A DNA stretch of 64,000 nt, taken from Eubacteriales bacterium (GTDB lineage: Bacteria; Bacillota; Clostridia; Oscillospirales; CAG-272). This document shows, one piece after another, positions 50,914 through 61,245 of this stretch. The stretch spans positions 4,897-68,896 of the forward strand of contig JAZRDO010000023.1 in the NCBI GenBank assembly GCA_045660325.1, in the 5' to 3' direction. The notes beneath the pieces were generated by a model. It worked only from the letters and a program-made list of their open reading frames with translations. It did not search any database and was not told where the DNA came from. Both the position numbers and the translations under genes were made by a program. Position 1 is the stretch's first letter. The number at the start of each line of letters is the position of its first letter.

Positions 50914-52590
50914 TTAGTCGTTCTTTCTCTTCTTGAAGGTTACAAGACCTGCAACGGAAGCGCAAAGAACGATAGCGATAGCGCCAACGCCTACTACGGA
51001 GCCACAGCCGCCGGAGGGCTCTTCCTTCTTTGTGGAGGAAGGTCTTCTTACAGTTGTATCATCCGTTGTCTCACCACCGGGCTCTACTGTGCAGTAAGGA
51101 CATTCGCCGTCCTCGTTGAGCTCAGCGCCACATTCGGGACATGTATCAGCACCCAAGTCAGGATTTACGTCAGGGGGTGTAACCTGGAAGCCTTCTTTTC
51201 TGCCTGCAGTATAGTTTGCCAAATCATCAGGGCTTCTGAAGTAGCCTGCGAATACGATGTCAAAGGACTGACCTGCACCCATCTGAGTGAAGTCGAAGCG
51301 CAAGCTGTGGATACGGCTTGCAGAATCAGCAAATTCCTCTGTATCGATCTTCTGGAAGAACATTGTATAATAATCTTCGCTACCCTCGGGAGTTACGTCA
51401 ACCATATAGTCGAAGTAGAGCTCGAGCATATGCTCATCATCGGGAGCAAGGTAGTTGCCTGCGCAATAATAGAATTTGCAGAATTCCTCACCCAAGCATG
51501 TTTCAGCCATAGGAACACCCTCCTCGCGTTCGCAAGTACAGAAGTTCTTCAATACGATAGCGATATAGGGGAAGTCCTTAACGTCAACGGAATAGTCGCT
51601 GTTTACAATGAAAGTAATGTATCCTGCGCCGATAGTTGATGTTACCTCAATAGAGCCGTCCTCCTTGAGGTTTGTTGTACACATGGAGGAGGAAGGAAGC
51701 TTACCGTTCTGACCGCGGAGAGTACCGTCGAAAAGAACGCCGGGTGTGTTTGCGGGGATAGAGGATGCATCCTTCATATCACCGTATGTCTTACCTCTGT
51801 TGATAGGCTCTGCACTGTCGGAGCCTGTGGGCTTAATGCCGTTAACCTCAAGAATTGTGAACTTAACGGGAGTATCCTTCATACCGGACTTAACGGAAAT
51901 ACCGAAGTATGCAAGACCGTTATCAGCCTTGAAGGAGTTGTTGAGCGCTACGTTATTAGCGTTGGAAAGAGCTGTGCCGTTGATGTAGATCATCTTGCCC
52001 GCAACCTTGAACTCGATAACAGCCTTACCGTCAACAACGTTAGGTGTGAATTCCTCAGTTGTACCGCCAACGTGGTTCCAACCGCCGGGAAGCGCGGAGT
52101 TACCGCAAGAGAAGCCCTGGATAAAGTTCAATTTACCGTCGAGCTTACCGTTCTGGGGAGCGTCCTTTACAAGAGAGGACCAGCCGTAGCCGTATGTACC
52201 GTCGGAGTTACCGCCCTGTGCAAGACCGTTCTTTTCGGACCAGAAGGAAAAGCTGAGCCAAGCGTCGCCGGATACGTCGAACTCATCAAGCTGAACCTTG
52301 ATAGAGAAGTTTGTTGCGTCAACCTTATTCTTGGAAATAACAGTATACTTTGCCTGTGCATTCTGGTATACGGGATTTACTGTCTCGAAACCGTTCTCCG
52401 TGTACTTGTAGCCGGGAGTGGAAAGCGTTACGGATGAAGGATCCTCTTCGAGCTTGGATTCTTCAAACGCGTCAAGGTGCATTTCCCATTCACCGGGCGC
52501 TGCTTCGTCAGCGGAAACTGCGATAGCGCATACGGAAAGCATGGAAAGGATCATCATTGCCGCGAGAACAATGGAAAGAATCTTTTTCAT
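50914..52590 (-). CDS. secreted/surface protein, paralogue B, same architecture
   Basis: Start moved to ATG 52590 (AAGGAG RBS). Colinear with paralogue A; CPECG...CPYC, GGCGS, TM helix, FKKRKND. Confidence 0.88.
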   Translation of the reverse strand: MKKILSIVLAAMMILSMLSVCAIAVSADEAAPGEWEMHLDAFEESKLEEDPSSVTLSTPGYKYTENGFETVNPVYQNAQAKYTVISKNKVDATNFSIKVQLDEFDVSGDAWLSFSFWSEKNGLAQGGNSDGTYGYGWSSLVKDAPQNGKLDGKLNFIQGFSCGNSALPGGWNHVGGTTEEFTPNVVDGKAVIEFKVAGKMIYINGTALSNANNVALNNSFKADNGLAYFGISVKSGMKDTPVKFTILEVNGIKPTGSDSAEPINRGKTYGDMKDASSIPANTPGVLFDGTLRGQNGKLPSSSMCTTNLKEDGSIEVTSTIGAGYITFIVNSDYSVDVKDFPYIAIVLKNFCTCEREEGVPMAETCLGEEFCKFYYCAGNYLAPDDEHMLELYFDYMVDVTPEGSEDYYTMFFQKIDTEEFADSASRIHSLRFDFTQMGAGQSFDIVFAGYFRSPDDLANYTAGRKEGFQVTPPDVNPDLGADTCPECGAELNEDGECPYCTVEPGGETTDDTTVRRPSSTKKEEPSGGCGSVVGVGAIAIVLCASVAGLVTFKKRKND

Positions 52591-52877
52591 TTTTAAAATT
52601 TCTCCTTTAAAAAATATTTTTTCAGCATAGATATTATAACATATATTGTCAAGTAAGTAAATAGACAAAATGCACATATTTACCGTTTCGCTTTTGGATG
52701 GTTTTACAAACAAGGAGAAATCCCTTGAAATCAAAGGGAGTTTTTACTGTTTGATCCGCTTGCTCAGCCACCTTGATTTGCAGCCAATTTTATAAATAAA
52801 GGGTTTATTTTTAAATCTTTTGTTTATAAAATATCAAAAATAAAAAGCGCCGTCGAGCGCCTTTTATTTTTAAAAAA

Positions 52878-53564
52878 TTATTCAAGCGTTATAGAATCAA
52901 CGTTGAGAAACGCGTTCGCCGCAAGAAGAGAATCCGTGGGAATTACTCTCATTGCCCCGCATTCGCGACAGGTGATCTTAATTCCGCTATCGGTAAGCTC
53001 CACGTCGTAAAGCTCCTCTTCCCTGTCAAGCTCGCCATCGGCAAGCGGTGTGTGACCGTTTGGATGACATTTGCAAAAAATCTTACCCTCCGCATCAACG
53101 TCCTTGATGATATAAAGAATAATATCCATAAGCTGAGTGTCGGGAATATCCATATTGTTTTCCTTTTGAATATCAGAAAGGCTTTCAATACCGTTCTCTT
53201 CCATAAGCTTAATAAGCTCCTGCTCGTTTCTTGAAAGCTCCGCCTTTACGTTGTTGCTCTCACCGATAAAGCCGATATCGATATTGGAATACGGACACTG
53301 AAGCGCCAAAAATTCCTTATTGAAGAAAAGAGACGTGCTTACGTTATAAATGTGCGGCTTGCCGCAAAAAATACAAGGGATTGTTATACGAACGGTATTG
53401 TTGGCCTTATCGTAAACAACGCTCATATCACTCTTATTGCAAGAGGAGCAACGAAGCTTTATCATATCAGCGGAGAGGGTGAAAAGACCGACTACGCTCA
53501 TTATTCCTGTGCCACACTCGGGGCATCTGTACGCCACCGTGGTTTCCTTGGATTCAAGTATCAC
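52878..53564 (-). CDS. Cys-rich hypothetical protein, probably zinc-binding
   Basis: CPECG, CSSC, CIFC, CKC, CRECG; GTG start after AGGAG. Confidence 0.8.
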   Translation of the reverse strand: MILESKETTVAYRCPECGTGIMSVVGLFTLSADMIKLRCSSCNKSDMSVVYDKANNTVRITIPCIFCGKPHIYNVSTSLFFNKEFLALQCPYSNIDIGFIGESNNVKAELSRNEQELIKLMEENGIESLSDIQKENNMDIPDTQLMDIILYIIKDVDAEGKIFCKCHPNGHTPLADGELDREEELYDVELTDSGIKITCRECGAMRVIPTDSLLAANAFLNVDSITLE

Positions 53565-53656
53565 GAAAATACTCCTTTCGGTATCTATACTATTATAGGT
53601 TATGCTCCTATGGAGCAAAATGGCAGGAATATATCCCGCCATTTTGTTTATTGAAA

Positions 53657-55423
53657 TTATCCGTAGTAAGAGCCGTAGAGAGCGTAGAGCTGCTTGAGAT
53701 AGTCACAAACCTTAACTCTTCTTCTGGACTTATCCTTAACCGTTACGGGTGTTACGCCGAGCTGACCGCCGTTGTTATCAGCGATGCCGTCCTCACCCAT
53801 GTACCAATCGTCCATAGCCTCGCCAACCATAGAGCCGATCGCCTGAGCTACGTAAACGGGATCGGAAAGATCCTCGAAGTAGCACAATACGTAGTATGTC
53901 TTGTCGCCGTCCTTCTGAGGCTTGATCTCGATAACCTCAGAGAGGTCGCCTGCCTTTCTGCCTTCAGCATTGAGCCAGTCGTGGAGTGCCTGATAGCTAC
54001 CCTTGAACGCGTTGGGCTCAACGTTCTTGCCGGATGCCGCGCCCATCTGGATAGTTGTATCAGAGGGGAGGCTTTCCTGCTTGTTAAGACCGAGCTCTTC
54101 AAGTGCCTTAGCAGACATTTCGCCCGTCATAAAGGAAGCTCTGAGCTCCTCGATAAGCGCCTTGTCAGTAGCAATAACGTAACCGATATTGAACGTAAGA
54201 GCGTCGTCAAGGTGGGGAGCCTTCTTGAGCATGTAAGCTGTTACCTTATATGTGTATACGATCTCCTTTGCTGTGGAGCCCTTCTTTGTTACTTCCTCAG
54301 AGGATTCCTCAACGATTACTGTGCAATCGTTTTCCTTTGCGTTTTCAACGAAGATCCACTTTTCAAGATCGCTGCTTGTACCGTAAGAAATTGTCTTCTC
54401 GTAGTCCTCAGCCGTGGGTTCCTTTGTAGTTGTTGTAGTTCCCTCTGTAGGCTTGATGGTAGGAGTTTCAGTGTTTGATGTATCCTGCTCCTTGGATTCC
54501 TCTTCAGCCTTCTTTGTTGCCTCGATATAAGCCTGAATTTCCTCGAAGAACTTATCCGTGTCCTTAGCGGATGCGATTACGTCGGCATTTTCCTTTGCAG
54601 CCTTCTTTGCATCCTCAAACTTTGTCTTATCTCCGCCGATCTTTGTATCATTGCTCTTTACTGTGATCGTGTAAGACATATAGTCAGCTGTGTAGAAGTC
54701 TTCCTTGTGATCCTCGGGATACTTCTCGATTGCATCGCCGTCCTCACGAATGAGAGCCTCAAGCTCTTCCATCTTGTGCTCATTGAACTTGGATGCGAGC
54801 TGAATAAGCTCATAGCACTTGCGGATATCTCTAGCGGAAACGGACTTGCCGTATCTTGTGGAGATCTTCTCACCCGCAGCCTTTACGCTTGTCTTGATGT
54901 TGTCAACAGCGGCATCGATATCCGCCTTATCCTCATCGTCAAGCTCCATACCGAGCGCGAGAGCGCCCTCAGCGTAAGCAAGATACATCTTTACGTTATC
55001 AATTACAGTGCTCATAAAGTAATCCTGCCAAGAGCCTTCATTATTAAGAAGTGAGCAGGGCTGAGTGCTGAGATCTCTTGTAAAGTCAACGTTATACATC
55101 TTGTAAAGAACGTACATCTGATTCTGGCTGTACCAGTTCATAAGATATTCGTTATAGAAGAATGTAAGCATAGCCTCTGTTACCGTGAAGTTTTCGGTAG
55201 TAAGAGAATTTGTCATGCGCGCGATAATTCCTGAAGACGCAAGCGCGCTGCCCACAAGAGTAAGAACGATAATAGCTACGAGCACGATACATGTGATCGT
55301 GATACCGAGGCCAGACTTGTTCTTCTGCTTCTTGTTAAGCTTACGTCTATTAGCGAGATATTCCTCGGGGCTGTCGATGCGGCCCTGAGCTCTATCAAGC
55401 TTGTTTCTGTTGCCTTTTCCCAT
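53657..55423 (-). CDS. membrane-anchored extracellular protein, SurA/PrsA-N-like foldase candidate
   Basis: Basic N-terminus and one TM helix, then a helical domain (WQDYF...AEG...GMELDDED). Start at ATG 55423 after GGAGG. Confidence 0.65.
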   Translation of the reverse strand: MGKGNRNKLDRAQGRIDSPEEYLANRRKLNKKQKNKSGLGITITCIVLVAIIVLTLVGSALASSGIIARMTNSLTTENFTVTEAMLTFFYNEYLMNWYSQNQMYVLYKMYNVDFTRDLSTQPCSLLNNEGSWQDYFMSTVIDNVKMYLAYAEGALALGMELDDEDKADIDAAVDNIKTSVKAAGEKISTRYGKSVSARDIRKCYELIQLASKFNEHKMEELEALIREDGDAIEKYPEDHKEDFYTADYMSYTITVKSNDTKIGGDKTKFEDAKKAAKENADVIASAKDTDKFFEEIQAYIEATKKAEEESKEQDTSNTETPTIKPTEGTTTTTKEPTAEDYEKTISYGTSSDLEKWIFVENAKENDCTVIVEESSEEVTKKGSTAKEIVYTYKVTAYMLKKAPHLDDALTFNIGYVIATDKALIEELRASFMTGEMSAKALEELGLNKQESLPSDTTIQMGAASGKNVEPNAFKGSYQALHDWLNAEGRKAGDLSEVIEIKPQKDGDKTYYVLCYFEDLSDPVYVAQAIGSMVGEAMDDWYMGEDGIADNNGGQLGVTPVTVKDKSRRRVKVCDYLKQLYALYGSYYG

Positions 55424-55615
55424 TTTATTGTCCTCCATACCGCATAAAGCGGCGAATTTTCATTGAAATTATAATAATGCAAGTATAATTTCACAGATAA
55501 AGATTATTATACAATGATATCGTGAAAGTATATTGAATTAATTATGAACAATTATAAAATTTTTTAAATATATAAATATATTGATGAATTTCCGCGAATA
55601 TTGACTGAATTATAT

Positions 55616-57739
55616 TCAAATATTCATAATGATCGGAATAATCATAGGCTTTCTTCTCGTTTTTTGGAAAATGAACTTGGCAAGGTCATCCTTAACCTTT
55701 CCCTTTATCTTGAACCAGTCGGCGTTGCCGGATCTTGACAGATGCTCCATCATAGTGTCAATAACGACCTGTCGCATCTCCTCCATAAGATCCTCTGAAT
55801 CCCTTACGTATACAAAGCCGCGGGATACGATGTCGGGACCTGCCAGAACGTAGCCGCCGTCGGTGCTGACGCTTGCCACGATAATGATAAGACCGTCCTG
55901 CGAGAGCAGCTTTCTATCGCGAAGAACTATGCTTCCTACGTCGCCCACGCCCGAGCCGTCAACGAGCACCTTGCCCGCAGGCACTGTGCCGCCCCATTTA
56001 GCCTCGTACTTGTCGATTTCAAGCACCTTGCCGATATCCGAAATAAACACGTCACGGGGGTCCATACCCATATAGAGCGCAAGCTCGCGGTTTGCGATAA
56101 GATGCTTGTACTCGCCGTGAACGGGCATATAGTACTTAGGCTTTGTGAGTGCCATGAGGAGCTTTATCTCATCCTGACACGCGTGTCCCGAAACGTGAAC
56201 CTCAACCGACGCGTCCTGAATTACCTTCGCGCCGAGCTTAAGCAGCTCGTTTATGATCTTACCTATAAGCTTTTCATTTCCCGGGATGGCGCTTGACGAG
56301 AGGATAACCACGTCGTTTGCACCGAGCTGAACGTCTCTATGCTCGCTGAACGCCATTCTGTAAAGCGCGCTCATAGGCTCGCCCTGGCTTCCCGTAGTAA
56401 CGAGAGTTATCTCGTCGGGACGATATCTCTTGATCTCTGCTAAGTCAATAAGCACACCGTCAGGCACGTTCATATATCCAAGCTCGATAGCCGCTCCGAT
56501 AACGTTCAGCATACTTCTTCCCGTAATAGCCACCTTGCGTCCGTGACGGTAAGCGGTATCAATGATCTGCTGAACTCTGTGAACGTTCGAGGAGAATGTC
56601 GCGATAACTATTCGCTTGTCCTTATTAACGGTAAAGATATAGTCAAGCGACGCTCCGACCTTTCTCTCGGACGGAGTAGAGCCCGGACGGTGGGCATTCG
56701 TGGATTCGCACATAAGGAGCAAAACTCCCTCGCGACCGAGCTCGCCGAGTCTTGTCAAGTCCATAATTTCGCCGTCAATAGGCGTAAGGTCGAGCTTGAA
56801 GTCTCCCGAATGAAGAATTATTCCAAGAGGAGTCCTGATCGCGAGCGCGCACGCGTCGGCGATGGAGTGATTTACGTGGATAAATTCACACGAAAGCTTG
56901 CCGAGTCTTATATTGTCGCCCGCATTTACACAAACGAGACGGGGATTATTCGGCAGGCTTACCTCTTTAAGCTTATTCTTGAGGATACCGAGCGTAAGTC
57001 TCGTGCCGTAAATTACGGGGTTTATGTTGCGAAGAATATAAGGTATCGCGCCTATGTGATCCTCGTGTCCGTGAGTAATAACGAGTCCGCGTATCCTGTC
57101 GCGATTCTCTTCAAGATAAGTGATGTCGGGAATTACGAGATCGACACCGGGCATCTCCTCATCGGGAAATCCAAGACCGCAATCCACTATAATAATATCG
57201 TCGCCGTCCTCGATAACGGTCATATTCTTGCCGATCTCGTTAAGACCGCCAAGAGGAATTATCCTCAGCTTTCCGCCGATATCCGCGATCTCGCCCTTCT
57301 GCTTCTTGCTCACCGCGCGCGTAGGGGTAGCCTTAAGAGAAACCTTGTCTCTGTTATACTCCTCAACTGCTACGACCTTTTCCTCGGTCTTCTTTGCCGC
57401 CTTTTTCTTTTCAGTCGGCTTTGTATCAGCCGCCTCGGGCTCCATATCAAAGATTCTCGCGAGCATCGCGTCAATCTCAGCTACCGCCTCGTTATTCGTC
57501 TTTTGAGCCTTCTTTTTTCTTACGTGAGTTTTAGCAACGACCTTGCCGTTCTCATCGGTCTTGTTCGGCGCGGGTGCCGTTGCCGTATCCGCCTTCTTGC
57601 CGCTTGCCTTCTTGGTCTTTGCATAATTAGGCTTTTTCGCCTTTTTCTTACCGTTCATTATTTCGTCAGCCTCGGCGTACGCCTCGCGTATTTCCTCGTC
57701 GGCCACGTAATTTTGCTTGCTCTTACCCGATTTTGCCAT
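55616..57739 (-). CDS. rnj: ribonuclease J with long N-terminal low-complexity extension
   Basis: PLGGLNEIGKN, THGHEDHIG, NHSI, GDFK, GSQGEP, HVSGH, PVHGE. Start at ATG 57739 after AAGGAAGG. Confidence 0.95.
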   Translation of the reverse strand: MAKSGKSKQNYVADEEIREAYAEADEIMNGKKKAKKPNYAKTKKASGKKADTATAPAPNKTDENGKVVAKTHVRKKKAQKTNNEAVAEIDAMLARIFDMEPEAADTKPTEKKKAAKKTEEKVVAVEEYNRDKVSLKATPTRAVSKKQKGEIADIGGKLRIIPLGGLNEIGKNMTVIEDGDDIIIVDCGLGFPDEEMPGVDLVIPDITYLEENRDRIRGLVITHGHEDHIGAIPYILRNINPVIYGTRLTLGILKNKLKEVSLPNNPRLVCVNAGDNIRLGKLSCEFIHVNHSIADACALAIRTPLGIILHSGDFKLDLTPIDGEIMDLTRLGELGREGVLLLMCESTNAHRPGSTPSERKVGASLDYIFTVNKDKRIVIATFSSNVHRVQQIIDTAYRHGRKVAITGRSMLNVIGAAIELGYMNVPDGVLIDLAEIKRYRPDEITLVTTGSQGEPMSALYRMAFSEHRDVQLGANDVVILSSSAIPGNEKLIGKIINELLKLGAKVIQDASVEVHVSGHACQDEIKLLMALTKPKYYMPVHGEYKHLIANRELALYMGMDPRDVFISDIGKVLEIDKYEAKWGGTVPAGKVLVDGSGVGDVGSIVLRDRKLLSQDGLIIIVASVSTDGGYVLAGPDIVSRGFVYVRDSEDLMEEMRQVVIDTMMEHLSRSGNADWFKIKGKVKDDLAKFIFQKTRRKPMIIPIIMNI

Positions 57740-57893
57740 TAAATACCTTCCTTTCGCTGAGCATCCCGAAAAAAGCCCCCGTATTCTCCTCTTGCCTTCG
57801 CTCCGCAAGGAGATACAAAAACTTTTATTTCGATATTTTATTTTCATATATCACAAGCCGCCACCTGCGGCTAAATTTCAAGCTGTCAATTAG

Positions 57894-57922
57894 ATTATAC
57901 ACCTAAAAGGGTAATTTGTCAA
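57894..57922 (-). promoter_or_regulatory. sigma-A promoter of rnj
   Basis: Minus strand TTGACA-N17-TATAAT. Confidence 0.8.
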
Positions 57923-57924
57923 GG

Positions 57925-58197
57925 TTATGCGGGAAGGTTGAGCAGCGCGGCGACAAGCGCGCTCAAGGAAGCGCCAACCACCCCTCCGCATAAGCCGTAT
58001 ATCCACTCGCTTCCTCTCTTTTTTCGCTTATTCCCCTTACCGTCTCCCACAACGCTCGCGGCTATCCTGTCCGCCTCGGCAAGCATATCAAGCTCCTCAC
58101 CGTTATAATTCGGCTGAACTAAAAATATTGCCTCATCAAAAATACTGCTGTCGGGAGTCTTTACCACGATAGATCTCTTCTGCGCACCCTTTAACAT
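57925..58197 (-). CDS. small hypothetical protein with C-terminal TM helix
   Basis: MLKGAQKRSIVVKTPDSSIFDEAIF; GAGG RBS. Confidence 0.7.
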   Translation of the reverse strand: MLKGAQKRSIVVKTPDSSIFDEAIFLVQPNYNGEELDMLAEADRIAASVVGDGKGNKRKKRGSEWIYGLCGGVVGASLSALVAALLNLPA

Positions 58198-58318
58198 AGT
58201 CTTCCACCTCGTTTTTTTCATTATTTTTTACCCAAAGGGCGAAATTTCAAACGAAATCATGAGAACAATCTATTTACAAAAAATTACAGTTTTTTACATA
58301 AATTTCCATTTTTGTGTA

Positions 58319-58347
58319 TTGACAGACAAAAATCGCTATGGTATAAT
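58319..58347 (+). promoter_or_regulatory. sigma-A promoter of abrB-galK
   Basis: TTGACA-N17-TATAAT. Confidence 0.8.
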
Positions 58348-58390
58348 TAGTATATAAATTTATATACTAAATTCAAAGGAGATAAAAATT

Positions 58391-58636
58391 ATGAAGCCTA
58401 TCGGAGTAGTAAGAAAGGTTGACGAGCTTGGAAGAATCGTTCTTCCCATCAATATCAGACAGTCCATGGAGATCTCAAGCGGAGACGCTATCGAGATTTT
58501 CGCAGATGACAACAAGATCATTCTCCAGAAGTACCACCCCGCATGCATTTTTTGCGACAACGCGAACGATGTAGTTTATTTTAACGGCAAGCGCATCTGC
58601 GAGGAATGTCTTGCAAAGCTCAAGAAGGAATATTGA
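58391..58636 (+). CDS. abrB: AbrB family transition-state regulator
   Basis: GVVRKVDELGRIVLP...IILQKY...CIFC...ICEEC. Confidence 0.93.
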   Translation: MKPIGVVRKVDELGRIVLPINIRQSMEISSGDAIEIFADDNKIILQKYHPACIFCDNANDVVYFNGKRICEECLAKLKKEY

Positions 58637-58655
58637 GCCGAACGAAAGGACAAAA

Positions 58656-59939
58656 ATGACACCTACAAGCCTTATTTCATATATTGAGCAAAACAACCTT
58701 GACAAGCGACTTTGCGAGCTTTACGGCGAGGATCAGCTCAATCTCCAGAGAGATAGATATATCTCTGCTATAAAGGAATTCTGCAAGCTCTACGGCGACA
58801 ACAGAGAGGTATCCGTGCTTTCCGTGTCGGGCAGAAGTGAGCTTTCGGGAAATCACACCGACCACAACCGCGGTTGCGTTATCGCGGCGTCAATAAATCT
58901 TGACATAATTGCGATCGCCTCCGCGCGAGACGACGGCAAGATCCGTGTTATGAGCGACGGCTACGATGAGATCACCGTTTGTATAAATGATTACAACGAG
59001 CCCAAAGAGGCTTTGTTCGGCACGTCTGGATCCATTATTGCGGGTATGTGCCGCGGCTTTACTGACCGAGGCTACAACGTCGGCGGCTTTGACGCGTATA
59101 TGACCTCAAACGTTCTTCAGGGCTCGGGGCTTTCCTCGTCCGCGGCATTTGAGGATATGATCGGTAATATTGAAAACCACCTCTACAATAACGGCGAGGT
59201 TGACAACGTCGAGATCGCAAAGCTTGCACAGTACGCCGAAAACGTGTTCTTCGGCAAGCCCTGTGGACTTATGGATCAGGTTGCCTGCGCTCACGGCGGC
59301 ATCGTCGCTATCGATTTCTACGACACGACCGCCCCTGTAATTGAAAAAATGGACTTTGATATCACCGCCGCAGGCTATAAGCTCTGTATCGTTGACACGG
59401 GCGGAAGTCACGCCGACCTTACCGACGATTATGCGGCGATACCTCAGGAAATGAAATCCGTAGCGAAATTTTTCGGCAAGGACGTTCTTCGCGATATCGA
59501 CGAGTCCGAGCTTTATCGTAACATCCCCGTGCTCCGCGAGGAGCTTGGCGACCGAGCAATTTTACGCGCGCTCCACTTCCTCTCGGAAAACAAGCGCGTA
59601 AAGGTACAAAGACAGGCGCTCACAAACGGCGACCTTGAGCTTTACTTTGAAAACGTTATCGCCTCAGGCAAGTCCTCGTTTTGCTATCTTCAAAACGTTT
59701 ATACGACAAAGAATATCCGCGAGCAGGGTCTGTCCCTCGCTCTTGCGCTCGCAGAAGGCTACCTCTCTCCCCGCGGCGGCGCGTACCGTGTTCACGGCGG
59801 CGGATTTGCGGGAACTATTCAGGCGTACGTTTTATCGGAGGATGCCGACGGCTTCGCCGCGCTTATGAACTCAGCGTTCGGTGATGGCGCGTGCCTTGTG
59901 CTCCAGATCCGTCGCGACGGCGCAATAAAGATTATTTAA
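58656..59939 (+). CDS. galK: galactokinase (GHMP kinase)
   Basis: GRSELSGNHTDH, GSGLSSSAA, CGLMDQ, RVHGGGFAG. Start at ATG 58656. Confidence 0.88.
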   Translation: MTPTSLISYIEQNNLDKRLCELYGEDQLNLQRDRYISAIKEFCKLYGDNREVSVLSVSGRSELSGNHTDHNRGCVIAASINLDIIAIASARDDGKIRVMSDGYDEITVCINDYNEPKEALFGTSGSIIAGMCRGFTDRGYNVGGFDAYMTSNVLQGSGLSSSAAFEDMIGNIENHLYNNGEVDNVEIAKLAQYAENVFFGKPCGLMDQVACAHGGIVAIDFYDTTAPVIEKMDFDITAAGYKLCIVDTGGSHADLTDDYAAIPQEMKSVAKFFGKDVLRDIDESELYRNIPVLREELGDRAILRALHFLSENKRVKVQRQALTNGDLELYFENVIASGKSSFCYLQNVYTTKNIREQGLSLALALAEGYLSPRGGAYRVHGGGFAGTIQAYVLSEDADGFAALMNSAFGDGACLVLQIRRDGAIKII

Positions 59940-59954
59940 TTTTGGAATTATACG

Positions 59955-60428
59955 ATGAAAAAGAAAAAGAATTTACCCGACGTAAGGCGCGAGGTAAGAC
60001 GGGATAAGAGCGTAAAGAAGCCCATATCCCCCGAGACCAAGAGGAAAGCGGTAATTATTGCCGCGGCATCTCTTGTTAATATGCTCATATACTTCGGTGT
60101 CGTACCCACGATACCGAGTGCTACGGCTCAATTCGGGATACATATAGCATATATGCTTATTTTCAGCATCTCGCTTGTTATATACATCATCTACAACCGC
60201 GCTTTTACCAGAAAAAATATCACAATAGATATGCTCCCCGACGTGTGGAGCGCCGAACAGAAGGCAGCGTACATTCTCGACGGCGAGGAAAGGCTCAAAA
60301 AATCCCAGTGGCTTATGTATATCATAATCCCCTTCCTTGTTCCCATCGGTGCGGACGCGCTCGTCCTCTTTGTGTGGGATCCCTACCTTTCGGATATTTT
60401 CTCGTCAATCGTAGGAGGTATAGGCTGA
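59955..60428 (+). CDS. hypothetical membrane protein
   Basis: Three hydrophobic segments, in operon context. Confidence 0.75.
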   Translation: MKKKKNLPDVRREVRRDKSVKKPISPETKRKAVIIAAASLVNMLIYFGVVPTIPSATAQFGIHIAYMLIFSISLVIYIIYNRAFTRKNITIDMLPDVWSAEQKAAYILDGEERLKKSQWLMYIIIPFLVPIGADALVLFVWDPYLSDIFSSIVGGIG

Positions 60429-60429
60429 T

Positions 60430-61245
60430 ATGAATCACAATTACAAAATATGCAGTTTGTACTCGGGCTCGGGCGGAAACTGTACCTATATTTCCGCGCG
60501 TGGCAAAAATATCCTTATAGATGCGGGAAAAAGCGCAAAGTGTCTTTGCAAAACCCTTACGGAGATCGGGGTCTCCCCTGATTCGATCGACGCGATATTT
60601 ATAACCCACGAGCACACCGATCACGTATCGGCACTCGCAACCTTTTCACACAAGCATAACGCCGAGATACATATTCTGCTCTCGTCCGCAAGAAAAAAGT
60701 TCTACGGGCTTCGAGACGAAGCGCTCTTCTCAAAAATGGTGTTCCACGATACACCCAGCTTTGATGTTACACTCGGAGAGCTTAAGATCAAGTCCTTCCC
60801 CACACCTCACGACAGCTGTGGCTCGGTTGGATATAAAATTTCCTTTGCCGACGGAGATAATGAGGTCAATATCGGCTTTGCGACCGATATAGGATACGTA
60901 ACCGACGAGATACGCGACAACCTTCTCGGTTGCGAGAGTGTTGTGATTGAATCAAATCACGACGAGGTAATGCTTATGGAGGGCAGCTACCCTTACGAGC
61001 TTAAGCTCCGTATCCGTTCAAGACTCGGCCACCTTTCAAATACCGAATGCGCGGCTCTTTCAGCGCTCCTTTCCGTAAACGGCACGAAAAACATTATGCT
61101 CGCGCATCTTAGCGAGGAGAACAATCTCCCCGATATTGCGTATAACGAATCACTCTCTGCAATTGCAGACCCCACGGTCAAGCTCGTCGTAGCCGCTCCC
61201 GCGACTCCCGTGTGGCTTGTAGGAGGTAACGATGGCAACGATTAA
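60430..61245 (+). CDS. MBL-fold hydrolase, WalJ/YycJ-like
   Basis: SGSGGN, THEHTDH, PHD, TDIG, ESNHD, GHLSN, AHLS; directly upstream of rlmH. Confidence 0.9.
   Translation: MNHNYKICSLYSGSGGNCTYISARGKNILIDAGKSAKCLCKTLTEIGVSPDSIDAIFITHEHTDHVSALATFSHKHNAEIHILLSSARKKFYGLRDEALFSKMVFHDTPSFDVTLGELKIKSFPTPHDSCGSVGYKISFADGDNEVNIGFATDIGYVTDEIRDNLLGCESVVIESNHDEVMLMEGSYPYELKLRIRSRLGHLSNTECAALSALLSVNGTKNIMLAHLSEENNLPDIAYNESLSAIADPTVKLVVAAPATPVWLVGGNDGND

Noticed and set aside
52718-52780. AAATCCCTTGAAATCAAAGGGA as a tyrosine-recombinase att-like site (similar words at 5650 and 41851)
   Set aside because: Matches are short, one overlaps a -35 box, and there is no recombinase or partner site in the window.
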